A stretch of 64,000 nucleotides of DNA from an uncultured Verrucomicrobiae bacterium (lineage in GTDB: Bacteria > Verrucomicrobiota > Verrucomicrobiia > Chthoniobacterales > Chthoniobacteraceae), in NCBI GenBank assembly GCA_963836755.1, contig CAWIKF010000002.1:1792001-1856000 (forward strand), read 5' to 3'. A program made the translations under genes and the position numbers. Positions 22,231 to 32,462 of the stretch are shown here, piece after piece. The number at the start of each line of letters is the position of its first letter. Position 1 is the first letter of the stretch. The notes beneath the pieces are model-generated. The model did not search any database. It saw nothing but the letters and a program-made list of their open reading frames with translations, and was not told the DNA's origin.

Positions 22231-22928
22231 CGCAAAAGTCGTCGGGAGTGACCTAATCCTCACGCATCCCGATTCAGTCAAAGGTCTCACGCCGAAACTC
22301 AATTGGATCCTCGATTGTTGGGACCGCTTCGCGACGCAGGAATGCCGCGGGCTCGATGCGACGTTCGTTCATAGCGACCGACGCGATCGTTTTCATCGAC
22401 GACGATATTGCCAGCCTGCAGCGCTGCTTCGTCGAGAAAGGCGAGCAAGCCACAATCCGAGATCCTCAGCTCATCGAGGAGATCATCACCAACACGGCGC
22501 GCGTGGCGGCCGATGTCGGCGCATACTATTTCGGCTGGGAAGCCAGCAACGGCGCCGTGCTGTTTTACACCGGCCTCAAACCGTTCGCGTTGACCGGCTA
22601 CATCAACGGCTGCGCGATGGGATTCCGCCGCGGCCATGGCCTGCGCTTCGACTCACGCATCGTCGCGAAGAACGACTTCGACATCGCCGCGATGAACGCG
22701 CACAAGCATCGCATTTGTTTAAAGGATTGTAGATACAGCTTTTGCCAAAAGGAAACATTCACCGGTCGCGGCGGCCAGGCTGCTTTCCGCACATCGAAGA
22801 CCGAAAAAAACGATGTCGAACTTCTGCAAAAGAAGTGGGGCGACATCTTCCACTTCGGTGGCCACAGCGCCACGCGGAAACGCGATTACGCCGGCGTCCA
22901 GAAGATCACGATGCACCTGCCTTTTTAG
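22128..22928 (+). CDS. GREB1-like / TET-associated (TAGT) GT-A glycosyltransferase; frameshifts near 22225 and 22378
   Basis: Reconstructed VIPSMSRA…VCVPESQ…NWILD…VFIDDDI…KNDFD…GGQ…LQKKWG. Confidence 0.7.
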
Positions 22929-22987
22929 AAAAAACTTGCGTCCCACAATTTATCAAGGCGAGGTTCATGCCCCTTTAGAGCCACGCC

Positions 22988-23290
22988 ATGAACATCACGA
23001 AAGCAACGGCCAGTATCGAAGGCCTCGGCTACCCGCTTTTGCGGCTCACAATAGACGGCCATCCCGCCTACGTGTCGGAGCCAAAACAAACTCTGCTCGA
23101 CCAAGGCATCGTCGTGCTGCTCGACGAAGCTGGTTATTGGGAAAATACGGTATCCGCCATTTTCCGTCCTGATTCAGTCGCGCAAAAGCGAAATGAACTC
23201 ATGGTCTTGCGCGGCGCCGTGGCCGATCCAAAGCTCGCGGGCATCGTTACGCGCTTCCTAAATGGGGAAACGGGAGACCTACTCCTCTAG
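22988..23290 (+). CDS. hypothetical protein
   Basis: 100-aa ORF with protein-like composition. Confidence 0.55.
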   Translation: MNITKATASIEGLGYPLLRLTIDGHPAYVSEPKQTLLDQGIVVLLDEAGYWENTVSAIFRPDSVAQKRNELMVLRGAVADPKLAGIVTRFLNGETGDLLL

Positions 23291-23306
23291 AATACCGCGT
23301 AGTTTT

Positions 23307-23966
23307 CTAGCGCCCGCGCAGCCGCTCCTCCGTCATCGACTGCAGCTCCGCGCGCCGCTGCTCCGCCGTCATTGTGTCTGGAAACAGTTGCTTTACAGGC
23401 TGAGGAGCTGGCTCGGGAGGAAGATCATCGGAAATAAATTCCATCGTGTAAGCGGCAACCCTTCCCTTCAAATCATCCCTCAAAGCGACCACCTTGATCT
23501 TCTCGCCCGGCGTCAGGCGATATGGATAACCTTTCAGCAACACCCGACCGGAAGCAATGGACCTTGGGTTGTTCGCTGGAACCAGCTTGCCGCGATACAA
23601 AAAATAAGTCTCACCGTATTCCTTGCTCTCCTCTCGTGACGCGAGCCCTGCGAGCTGCGCGATCTCGCCGGCACCGGTGCGAGAAGACACAACCCAGTTT
23701 TGCCCGAAAAAACGATCCTCTGCACAATCCACTAAAACTCCCTCCTCGCGCACCGCGCTGACCTCGCCGCGGACGAGAGAAAGTTGACCGAATCTTGCGT
23801 GCCGCGGAGAAGGAGGCGGCGTCGCGGTTGGGATTGGATCTGTGGTTGCGGCCGCAGCGGAAAGTCTTTGCTGTTTGAAAGCGGCAGCTCTCCGGTCCAA
23901 CTCGTGAATGCGCAGGTAGCCAAATGCAAAGATGACGAGGAAGGTGAGAACGAGCAGTGTTTTCAT
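23307..23966 (-). CDS. membrane-anchored hypothetical protein
   Basis: Likely start MKTLLVLTFLVIFAFGYL (TM helix). Confidence 0.65.
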   Translation of the reverse strand: MKTLLVLTFLVIFAFGYLRIHELDRRAAAFKQQRLSAAAATTDPIPTATPPPSPRHARFGQLSLVRGEVSAVREEGVLVDCAEDRFFGQNWVVSSRTGAGEIAQLAGLASREESKEYGETYFLYRGKLVPANNPRSIASGRVLLKGYPYRLTPGEKIKVVALRDDLKGRVAAYTMEFISDDLPPEPAPQPVKQLFPDTMTAEQRRAELQSMTEERLRGR

Positions 23967-24017
23967 CTTTTTCTTTGGGAAGCTCTCGGCAACCGAATCG
24001 TGCTCCGGCTGCACATA

Positions 24018-24272
24018 TCAGTGGGGAAACTTGGCGCGAATTTTCAAGGGATACAATTCTTGAATCGGCACATCGAGCACGCCGGAGAGAAACGCCAGGT
24101 CTCGATCCTCGATCGCGCGAAATCCCAGCTCGATGCGTGCAATGATGTCTCGTGAAACATCCCATCCAGCTAGCTGGCATTTTGAAGCGAGCTGGCTTTG
24201 TGAAAGGCCGCGCAGGTTGCGCCACCGCACCACTTCGCGGCCGCAGACATTGCGAATTTTGCGTGTGCTCAC
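24018..24272 (-). CDS. XRE-family HTH regulator
   Basis: RNLRGLSQSQLASKCQLAGWDVSRDIIARIELG. Confidence 0.85.
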   Translation of the reverse strand: MSTRKIRNVCGREVVRWRNLRGLSQSQLASKCQLAGWDVSRDIIARIELGFRAIEDRDLAFLSGVLDVPIQELYPLKIRAKFPH

Positions 24273-24309
24273 GCTTGCACCGTAGCCGCCTGACAGATGG
24301 AATGGCTGC

Positions 24310-25198
24310 GTGCCAAAGCACACAAACGCCGCAGCGCTCAAGCTGCCCGACCAATTGCTGGTCCGTTATTTCCGCAACGGCGAAATCGAAAACGTCGCCG
24401 ACGTGGAGGAAAAGGATGGCAATGTCGGCGTCGTCTTGAAATTTCCCAAAGGCCCGCGCATCGACCACTGGCGCGACTTGGGCGGCGGCCTCGGCTTCAT
24501 ACCGTCCGGTGATTGACTCACTGCACAGCTCCGTAGAAAATCGCGAACGTGAACAAAGAGGACGTGGATGAAGCAGTCGCGAAATGGCTGCCGCAGGTTG
24601 GCCTGCCTCCCGCGCCGGAGCCTGGCGTAAAGGATCTGCGCGGCAGATCGATCCGCGTCGCGAAGTTTACGGACGACGAAACCGCGCGATTCTTTTTTCC
24701 GCGGCGGTCGCTGTTGTTTCAACAACGCATGGTGCGCGTGCTGGCGGTGCAGCTGCGCAAACGCGGCGCAAAGATCGAGAGCGTGCAGCTCACGATCGAG
24801 GAATACGCGCGCTGGCAGGATGAGAGCGGGGAGCCAGACTCGCCGGAGCTGCGCTACCGATACGCGACCGAGTTGCCGTGATGTCCGCTAAATTCAAAGT
24901 CGAAATTACAAGCCATGTCGGCGACAAGCCGGAGCTGATCGCGACTGTCTATTGGTCGGAAGAAACAGGCGTGGTTTGCGACAATGCTGTCGTTGGCGAT
25001 GAGCTTTCCTTCGGGCTCGCGGTGCCCCCGCGTGGCGAGCCGATTTATGCCGAAGCTGGGCGCGCATTTTTATATGCGCTGAAGTTCGAATTCAGCGGCA
25101 TCGTCCGCGCTGGCCATCCTGTCGAATGTGCCGAAGTAAAAGGGGATCCTGTGCCGGCGCTGCGTGGCCAATCCCCCTGGCAAGGTCGCAGGGCTTAA
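24310..25198 (+). other. three hypothetical CDSs (24310-24516, 24549-24881, 24878-25198)
   Basis: Co-directional ORFs; the last two overlap by GTGA. Confidence 0.55.
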
Positions 25199-25369
25199 TT
25201 CCGCAAGCTGCTCGCACACCGGCAGCTTGAGAGCATCGGCCTTGCCGGTGTGAGGAAAATTTTCGGCACGATTGGTTTTTCGCGACGTCACGGGTGGCGG
25301 CTGCGAAGTTTAACACGTAGTTAAACAAAAAACCGGATGAGGCGACCGACCAAACGGCCAATCAAAATC

Positions 25370-26101
25370 GTGCAAAGCACACCATCAGAAGTAATCGAAA
25401 AACTACGGAAACTGCTCCGCCTGGCTTCGGATAAAGGAGCCACTCAAGGCGAGGCGGAAGCCGCGATGCAAAAAGCGCAAGAGATTGCGCTTCGTTATAA
25501 GGTGCAGCTCGCCGGCATCAATCATGCCGAGCGGCCCGCCGAGGAATACACGGAAGACCGGCAGCAACGCCGGAAAACGTTCCAAGCAAAATACGTCGAG
25601 TGGATTGTCAGGAAGCACTTCAACGTGACTTTTGTGTATGGCTGCAATGGCGAGCTTTTCGTCATCGGCAAGCCTACCGACATCGAGTTCGCCAAGTGGG
25701 TCATGGAATATCTGGAAGGCGAATTCCCGCGGCTCTGGACGCGCTACCAGCGCGAGACCAGTTGCGGGCAGGGCGCGCGCGTAAATTACTTTTACGGCGT
25801 TTATGTCGGGCTCGATGCAAAACTCACTGAGAACAAGCAGCGCGTCGAAGGAGAGGCGATCATTGAGGCGGAGTTGAATGGCGATAAACGCATCGCCGCC
25901 AATTACCAGCTCGCAGTGGTCAACGATCAAAAGGCGCTCGCCGCTGCGGTGAAACGCTTCCATCCGAACGTTCGGAGTGGCGGCCGCGCGACTTTAAATC
26001 TTCGTCACGAGAGCGCGATCGCCGCGGGTCAGCGCGCTGGCCGCAACATCAATATCAACCGTCCTCTGGGCGGCGGTTCCACAGCTGGGAGGCTTCGCTA
26101 A
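25370..26101 (+). CDS. DUF2786-domain protein
   Basis: IEKLRKLLRLA…EAEAAMQKAQEIALRY N-terminus. Confidence 0.8.
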   Translation: MQSTPSEVIEKLRKLLRLASDKGATQGEAEAAMQKAQEIALRYKVQLAGINHAERPAEEYTEDRQQRRKTFQAKYVEWIVRKHFNVTFVYGCNGELFVIGKPTDIEFAKWVMEYLEGEFPRLWTRYQRETSCGQGARVNYFYGVYVGLDAKLTENKQRVEGEAIIEAELNGDKRIAANYQLAVVNDQKALAAAVKRFHPNVRSGGRATLNLRHESAIAAGQRAGRNININRPLGGGSTAGRLR

Positions 26102-26102
26102 A

Positions 26103-26408
26103 ATGCCACTCACTCCACCGCTCCAAAAACCGGCCTTCGAGCGCGGCCAACTGATGATGACTCGCGGCATCCTGCAGCTATTTAGCAAAGATGAAAGAGT
26201 GCTGCGCGAGCTGCTCGTGTTGCTCGCCCGGCATCTCACAGGTGACTGCGGCGACATGAGCGAGGAAGACGTGTGGGCAAACCTCCGCGCAATTTTGAGC
26301 GGCGGCGAGCGCGTCTTTTCCTCGTATCAAACGGAGTTCGGCAAGATCTGGATAATCACCGAAGCCGACAGATCCGCGACAACGATCATGCTGCCAGAGG
26401 AATACTGA
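26103..26408 (+). CDS. conserved plasmid/ICE-type small protein
   Basis: RHLTGDCGD…AN…SSY…IWIITEADRSATTIMLPEEY pattern. Confidence 0.75.
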   Translation: MPLTPPLQKPAFERGQLMMTRGILQLFSKDERVLRELLVLLARHLTGDCGDMSEEDVWANLRAILSGGERVFSSYQTEFGKIWIITEADRSATTIMLPEEY

Positions 26409-26507
26409 AGGTTCCCGTTTGTCCGTCGCATCAGTGGCGGCGGACATCGGGGAGCAATCACGCTCCACAAAAACGGAAGAGGCAACCGACCAAACGGCCA
26501 TTTAAAC

Positions 26508-27200
26508 ATGAGAACACAACGCAAAACCGCTGCGGCTCCTGCTGCAGCTTCATTCCAACCTGACTTCCGCGTCGTCGGCAAAGACGAACCCGCGCCGGCA
26601 GCCGGAGTCAGGAAACTCAACCTCGGCGGATTGGTAAAAACCGCCGAGAAAAAATCAAGCAGCCATCCGGCGCTCACGCTGTCGGAGGAAAGCCGCGCGC
26701 TCCTCGAGCAGTTCGTGGAGATCGCGCCGCAGTTCAAGGAGCTGGAGAAAAAGGTGAAGAGCCTCAAAACTCAAATCGCACCTTCCATCAAGGCCGATTA
26801 CTTCGCTCAGCTCGAGGGCTCGAGTCTCGACGGCTCCAGCATGAGCGCGCAGATCGGCGCGCAGCCGGTGAAGCTTGTCTTCAAGGACAGCTACTCCACG
26901 CTCTGCAACGATGACGCTCCGCTGGTCGCAGCGATCGGCGCCGAATTGGTCGCGCGGCACTTCCGCCAAGTCACCAAGCTGACGCTCGACCTCGACAAGA
27001 TTGCCGAGGAAAAGCAGGAGAAGTTCATCGGCGCGATTCTCGCCGCTGCCGAAAAACTCGGCATCAGCGACGGGATCAGCGCGAAGCAGTGCATCCAGCC
27101 GCGCGCAGGCTTCCACGCCGCGCGCACGTCGGTGCTGACGCCGGAGCAAAACGTCGCTGTGGACGCGATTATCCCGCTCTCGGCATATCCGCAAATCTAG
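26508..27200 (+). CDS. hypothetical protein
   Basis: 230-aa ORF behind the conserved leader. Confidence 0.75.
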   Translation: MRTQRKTAAAPAAASFQPDFRVVGKDEPAPAAGVRKLNLGGLVKTAEKKSSSHPALTLSEESRALLEQFVEIAPQFKELEKKVKSLKTQIAPSIKADYFAQLEGSSLDGSSMSAQIGAQPVKLVFKDSYSTLCNDDAPLVAAIGAELVARHFRQVTKLTLDLDKIAEEKQEKFIGAILAAAEKLGISDGISAKQCIQPRAGFHAARTSVLTPEQNVAVDAIIPLSAYPQI

Positions 27201-27202
27201 CC

Positions 27203-27811
27203 ATGCACGCGGATAGCTTCCCAAGTTATCCCGCGCGGCCGGTCAACGGCGGGGCGCTTCACTGCGCCCTGCCGAAGATCGGGGCGTGGGTCTGGCAACC
27301 GAAGGTCGATGACTGGCGCGCGATCATCCATGCGCCCAGCGGCCGCGTCTGGAACCGGCATGGCAAACCTTCATCCGTCACAGGCAAGCTGACGGCAGCG
27401 TTTCACTTTTTGCGCGACTGCCCTTTCGAATGGCTCGATGCCGGCATCATGGAATGCCGGAACGACATGATGCGCGCTTCGCTCGTCATCTTTGACTTTT
27501 TTCCGACCAACAACCCGTCGCAAACGATGCGCGAGCGGCGCGTGCTACTGGAACACGAGTTTGAAATTCTGCCGCTGGCAACGCGGCTTCTCGCGAATGG
27601 TTTTTCGGTGCGCGAGCGCGTGCTGCTCATCAATCAATCCGAAGGCAGCGGCTTGGAGCTTTACCAGCAACTCCAGCGAGAAAACGCAACGCTCGGCCGC
27701 AAGTTCTATGAGGGTGTCGTCGCCAAGCGCCTGGACAAACCTTACCCGCTGCAGCTCCGCAGCCCATCCACGGAAACGCCGTGGATGATGAAACATCGTT
27801 TCGACCAATGA
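27203..27811 (+). CDS. ATP-dependent DNA ligase-like adenylation domain only
   Basis: QPKVDDWR (KxDGxR-like), VIFD, EGVVAK, WMMKH; no OB domain follows. Confidence 0.75.
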   Translation: MHADSFPSYPARPVNGGALHCALPKIGAWVWQPKVDDWRAIIHAPSGRVWNRHGKPSSVTGKLTAAFHFLRDCPFEWLDAGIMECRNDMMRASLVIFDFFPTNNPSQTMRERRVLLEHEFEILPLATRLLANGFSVRERVLLINQSEGSGLELYQQLQRENATLGRKFYEGVVAKRLDKPYPLQLRSPSTETPWMMKHRFDQ

Positions 27812-27952
27812 AAGCACCGGCTTTGCCAGCGAACACTATATTTAAACAGACGTTGCTTTTTCGCGACGTCACGACTGGCGAAGTCGAAACTATCCCTGTC
27901 AGTGAAACCACAAAAACGGAAGAGGCGACCGACGAAACGGCCATTTAAACAA

Positions 27953-28294
27953 ATGCAAAATCAGATTACGAAAATCCGCTCAGTCGGAGTTTCCAAAATC
28001 AATCAGCTCGTGCGCGCGGCCGCGCACTTGAAAACTCTCCAGCCGGCTTTTGCCGAGTGGAGCGCGGGCGACGTCTATGTCTGCAAAAAAACGGGTGATT
28101 ACCGTTACCGCTTCGGCGTTGCGGGCAAGTCGGTGACGCCTTGGAGCGCGACGGCGCGCAAAGTGTTCGCGTCGCCTGCAGCGCTGGCCTTTGCCGCGCT
28201 GGTGCTTGGTGAGGAAAAGAAAGTCACGCGGGAGCTGCCAGTCGAGAACGGCCGCGCGAACGTCATCAGCATGGCGACGGGAAAGGCGGCGTAA
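27953..28294 (+). CDS. hypothetical protein
   Basis: ATG directly behind the conserved leader. Confidence 0.65.
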   Translation: MQNQITKIRSVGVSKINQLVRAAAHLKTLQPAFAEWSAGDVYVCKKTGDYRYRFGVAGKSVTPWSATARKVFASPAALAFAALVLGEEKKVTRELPVENGRANVISMATGKAA

Positions 28295-28489
28295 ATGAAG
28301 AGCCTCACCGTCTCAAAACTATTCCGGCCGCTGCGCTGGAAAGAGCAATTCGTCCCATTCATCCGGTGCAGTGGGAAATGGCTGGAAGCCGCAGGCTTTC
28401 ATCCCGGAAACAAAGTCACCGTGCGAGTCGAGAATGGCGCGCTCATCATCGAGCCGCTCAAACCGGAGGAATGCAATTATGCAAAATAA
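28295..28489 (+). CDS. symE: SymE-family (AbrB-fold) toxin-like protein
   Basis: PFIRCSGKWLEAAGFHPGNKVTVRVENGALII. Confidence 0.8.
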   Translation: MKSLTVSKLFRPLRWKEQFVPFIRCSGKWLEAAGFHPGNKVTVRVENGALIIEPLKPEECNYAK

Positions 28490-29115
28490 TCTGCATAAAA
28501 TGCATAATCTCATCGGCCCCGCCGCTGCCGTTCTGGCAGCGGCGCGGGCGCTGGTGGCGAAGGAAAATCCCGTCAAGCTGCTGCTCGATGGCTATCCCGG
28601 CGTCGGCAAAACGGAGATCGCCAAAACATTGGTCGCGGAGATCACGCGCTGCGCGCACGCCGATTGAAAAAATCAATGGGCAAAGCCTGACGGTGGACGT
28701 GGTGCGCCAATGGCGCGAGCGCACCGCATACGGCAACCTGTTCAGCGCGTGGACTGCCAAGCGCATCGAGGAGATTGACCAGATGAGCGCGAGCGCGATG
28801 GCGGAAATGCTCACGCATCTCGACGAGCTGCCGCGCAATCACGCCATCATAGCCAGCACGAACGAATTTGCGAAATTGCGGGCCCAGAGCCAAGGCCGGC
28901 TCGAGTCGCGCTTTATTCGCTTCCACGTGGCCGCGCCGAGCGTTGAGGAAACGACGCGCTTCCTGATGTCGAGATACCGTCTCACGGCATCCGCGGCAAA
29001 GACGATCGCAGTCGGCAGCGTGCCGGACGGTTGCCTGCAAAGCGAAGGTTGCAACCTGCGCACAGCCATCAATGACGCAATCGGATTCAATGCGGCGAGA
29101 AAGGCGGCAGCATGA
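28479..29115 (+). CDS. AAA+ ATPase (clamp-loader/RarA-like); frameshift near 28660
   Basis: DGYPGVGKT Walker A, IEEIDQM Walker B-like, ASTN, LESRF. Confidence 0.75.
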
Positions 29116-29672
29116 CCTTTTCCGAAGTCATCACACCCGGAGGTTACAAGATGGGCGAAGTCACGAGCGCGATGCAAAAGTCCATTCGCCGCGGCATCGA
29201 GGACGAGGCTCTTTTTTGGGCCACTGAAATCGATCTCGCCGGCTATGGCGAATACGTGTTTAAACGACTGAAAATCATCGCGAGCGAAGACGTGGGACTG
29301 GCATCCCCTGAAGCTGCGCTGACGATTCACAGCCTCTACCAAAGCTGGCTGGAGCAGCGCAAAAAGAAGGACGAACGCCACGGCCCTGAGCGTTTGTTTC
29401 TCGTGCACGCGGTCATGGTTCTCTCGCGAGCGCGGAAAAGCCGCATGGTCGATCACGCACTCATCGCCTACTATGAAGCCGCGCGCCCAGCTAGGGAAAT
29501 CCCTGACTACGCGCTAGACCGGCACACAGCGCGCGGACGAGCCCGTAAACGTGGCTGGAAACACTTCTGGCAAGTCGGCTCCATAGTGGAAAATCCGGCC
29601 CCGTTAAACGACCCTTACGAGCAAATCGCGAAGGCTACCCGCCGGGATCGCCAGATGGATTTGGAGCTATAA
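29112..29672 (+). CDS. RarA/MgsA C-terminal-like protein
   Basis: SAMQKSIRRG…ALFW…KRLKIIASEDVGLA, IPDYALDRHT. Confidence 0.8.
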   Translation: MTFSEVITPGGYKMGEVTSAMQKSIRRGIEDEALFWATEIDLAGYGEYVFKRLKIIASEDVGLASPEAALTIHSLYQSWLEQRKKKDERHGPERLFLVHAVMVLSRARKSRMVDHALIAYYEAARPAREIPDYALDRHTARGRARKRGWKHFWQVGSIVENPAPLNDPYEQIAKATRRDRQMDLEL

Positions 29673-30239
29673 AAAAACAGTTGGTGTCACTCCAGTGTCA
29701 CGCGCGGTCTCAATCGCCCGCAAACCCGCATAGGAGCCGCGAGCGACGTTTGCTCCGCCGCGTTTGCGATGCTATTCTTCGAGAACCAGTTTGATTCAAT
29801 TCGGTCCTGGCCGTAATGCGCGAAGCTCGAAAGAGCACGTGGCGATTGGGTAAGCTGGCCATTTTTTATGAGCGAAGGAGAAACGGAAGCCTTGAACGTC
29901 AACGCGGCGATTCTGGATCAATCCTCTGGGCGATCCTATGAGGACGTTGTCCGGCAACTCGCGGCAAGTGCGGGAAACATGGGCGAGAAATCGTCAGCGG
30001 TCCCGAATTGCTTGCGTGGGCGCATGAACATGGGGCCATGCTACATCCGGAAGACTTCTGCAGCTTCCACGCGGCAGGCGGCGAGCACGCGGTCTAATTA
30101 GCCTGCGCGAGCTTTCAACCCATCATAGGCCCGAGCTGCTTAAATCGCGAAAGCTACGCGCCGGGATCGGCAGATGGATTGGAGCTATGATTCCAATTTA
30201 CGGTAAGACCTAGTCTGATCTTACAGGTCTCAACCTTCT

Positions 30240-32357
30240 TTAGAACTCAATTTCGTGTTTTTTCGCTACATCAAGTAGTTCTTTGTGCGCGGCGTAAGCG
30301 CGATCTAAGATTTCTGCCACATCGAATACCTGCCAGCGTGCGGCGTCGGTGCGTTCCTTTTCGAAGATCCTTAAATTTACCACGTCTTCCGCATGAGAAC
30401 CTGCGGGTTCACGCGTCCCGATAAGCATCCCTGTGATACGTAGCGCAATGTCAGGATGCTTGGTTTTCATCCAAGTTTCAGCGTCATCCATATACCGCCG
30501 GAGTTGATTCAAATGCTTCCCCTGCAATGGCGTATTCAGTGACTTTAGCTCCACGATCACCAGTTTTTGCAGAGTTTTGTTCCCGAGCAAAAAAACCAAG
30601 TCAGGGCGCTTATTCTTCCGATGGGGAAGCACTTCGTCCTCATCGGTTGGGGAATATGAGGACGGTGTGTGCGCGCCTATTTCTAAATGCCGGGTGAGTT
30701 CCTGAAACATTGACTGCTCAGAGGCGTCTGCCGATAAGAATTGGTAAAAGGTCGGGTCAAGTATCCACGGTATGCGCTCTAAAAGCTTCTGAAGTTCTTT
30801 TTCATTGTTAGGCTTGCTGAAGTCATGCGCCTTTTTCAGCCGGTTCAACGCCTCTAATCCCTTCAGGCGACTTTGCGCCATTGTCACGAAGCCTTCGAAC
30901 TCATAGCGAGTCAGATCGGCTAATTCTCTGACTACATCCGCCATTGCCGGCATCGGGTTTTTCGCCAATTCGGAGATCGCCGTGAGGATTTCACCATGCC
31001 CGAGGGCGCGAATGACGACTGGCAAAGTTGTTTTATAGAAGTCTCCATCGACCCCATCGCTGTCGTTCTTTGCAAGGACCTTCGCGATTCGCTTTCCCTG
31101 CGTTAACCGTTTCCCTTCCAGTCCCTGCGAGTGTAATGTGGTGACGGTAAATGGATCTACTTCTACCTTTGCCTCTTCTCGTCTGCCCTTTCAATTTTGC
31201 GTATTCAGACTACGTTTTGAGAACCTCTCCTTTTACGAATAAATAACGCAGGTTCAAGGAGCGGATTTTCCCAGCGCAGACCTTGCCGGTCAGTTGCTAC
31301 ATAATCGACCTTTTGTTCGTCTATGTAATCTGCTTCAACAATTCCCTCCATATAACTAGAATAAATGTAGCCGTCTGCGCTGGTGCGAATGCCAAACAGA
31401 TCGGGGGAGGCGGCCATCCGATTATGGCAATATATTCGGACGCCCCGCTGGTCCGTAGCCAGCTGTTTCTTTGAGCCGTGAAAGTAAATTCTATATTTAA
31501 TTGGGAGCGTGCGTCCGTCATCCGTTTTAATCGTGCTATCTACCAGGAGAAAATTGTCGGGATTACGAGCTGGATATGCGTAATCCCATTCGGTCGTATC
31601 GAAGGTGACTGGCTCTGCGTCCAAGCTAATGGAAAAGCCTTTAACCGTGCGGAAATGTCGCGCAAGGGATTTCGCGATCGTCTGCTCGCGTTGGAACCCG
31701 GAATATACCAGTTTAGAGAGTTCAACAATCGTGCCGTGATTATCAGGAAATAAGTTGGCGGCGGGTATCGCCTTTAAGGGAACGTTGATATCTGACGTGC
31801 TCGGCTTGTTTTTAAACTCATCATAGTCGAGCACAATGCAATAGGCCATTGTATCAACTGCTCGCTTGCTCGTTACCACCGATACGGTGCGCTATACCAA
31901 AGCCCGCCAGTTTTCCTAAACCCTTGCGTCCCATGAATGGTCTACCGCCTGCAGAGCGAAAGGAGTGCTCGTCTTCCCTCCTGCGCCGCGAAACGTTAAG
32001 AAATTTCGCGGCCAAATCTTCATAGCCCATACCGCAGCCATTATCGACGATTCTAATCATGATGTCGCTAGAGAGAGTGCGCGCTTCCAGCGGCGCAGGC
32101 TCCGGCAGTTTTGATTTTGAAGCCAAAAATTTAGTATTCTCCGCTATAAATGCTTGTTTTTCTGCGGCGCGGTGCGCTTGAATTTCGGGAAGATCTAGCT
32201 CGACTTGGGCCGATGCGGCGTCGGCGTCGTAAGCGTTCGCAACGAATTCAACTAATACCGGGATCAAGTTAGTATAGAGGTTGATGCCAAATCTGCAGGA
32301 TCTGAGGTGTAATATTCATCGGTAAGTGGACGGAATCCCGTCTGCCGGTGATTGCAT
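30240..32357 (-). pseudogene. GHKL (HATPase_c/MORC-like) ATPase fused to a PD-(D/E)xK nuclease domain; at least 4 frameshifts
   Basis: EFVANAYDA, DNGCGM, GRKGLGKLAGF in the N-terminal pieces; RPDLVF…IVELK…QLRRY in the C-terminal piece. Confidence 0.8.
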
Positions 32358-32462
32358 GGAATGGTGCCGTTTCTCCAATGGTCGATAGGCTTGCCCGCTG
32401 AGTAAGCAATAGCCGGAAATGGTAGCGGCTTTTGCCTTCGGAAAAACCCTGTAAAACTGGGT

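Noticed and set aside
21470..22732. Single 420-aa ParB-GT fusion as given in the ORF track
   Set aside because: GT motifs switch frame twice and the last ~115 aa are off-frame; two overlapping genes with indels explain it better.
27917..27942. Hammerhead ribozyme-like CGGAAGAG…CGAAAC in the repeated leader
   Set aside because: Core is CGGA, not CUGA; the other copies have CAAAC; no convincing stems I/III.
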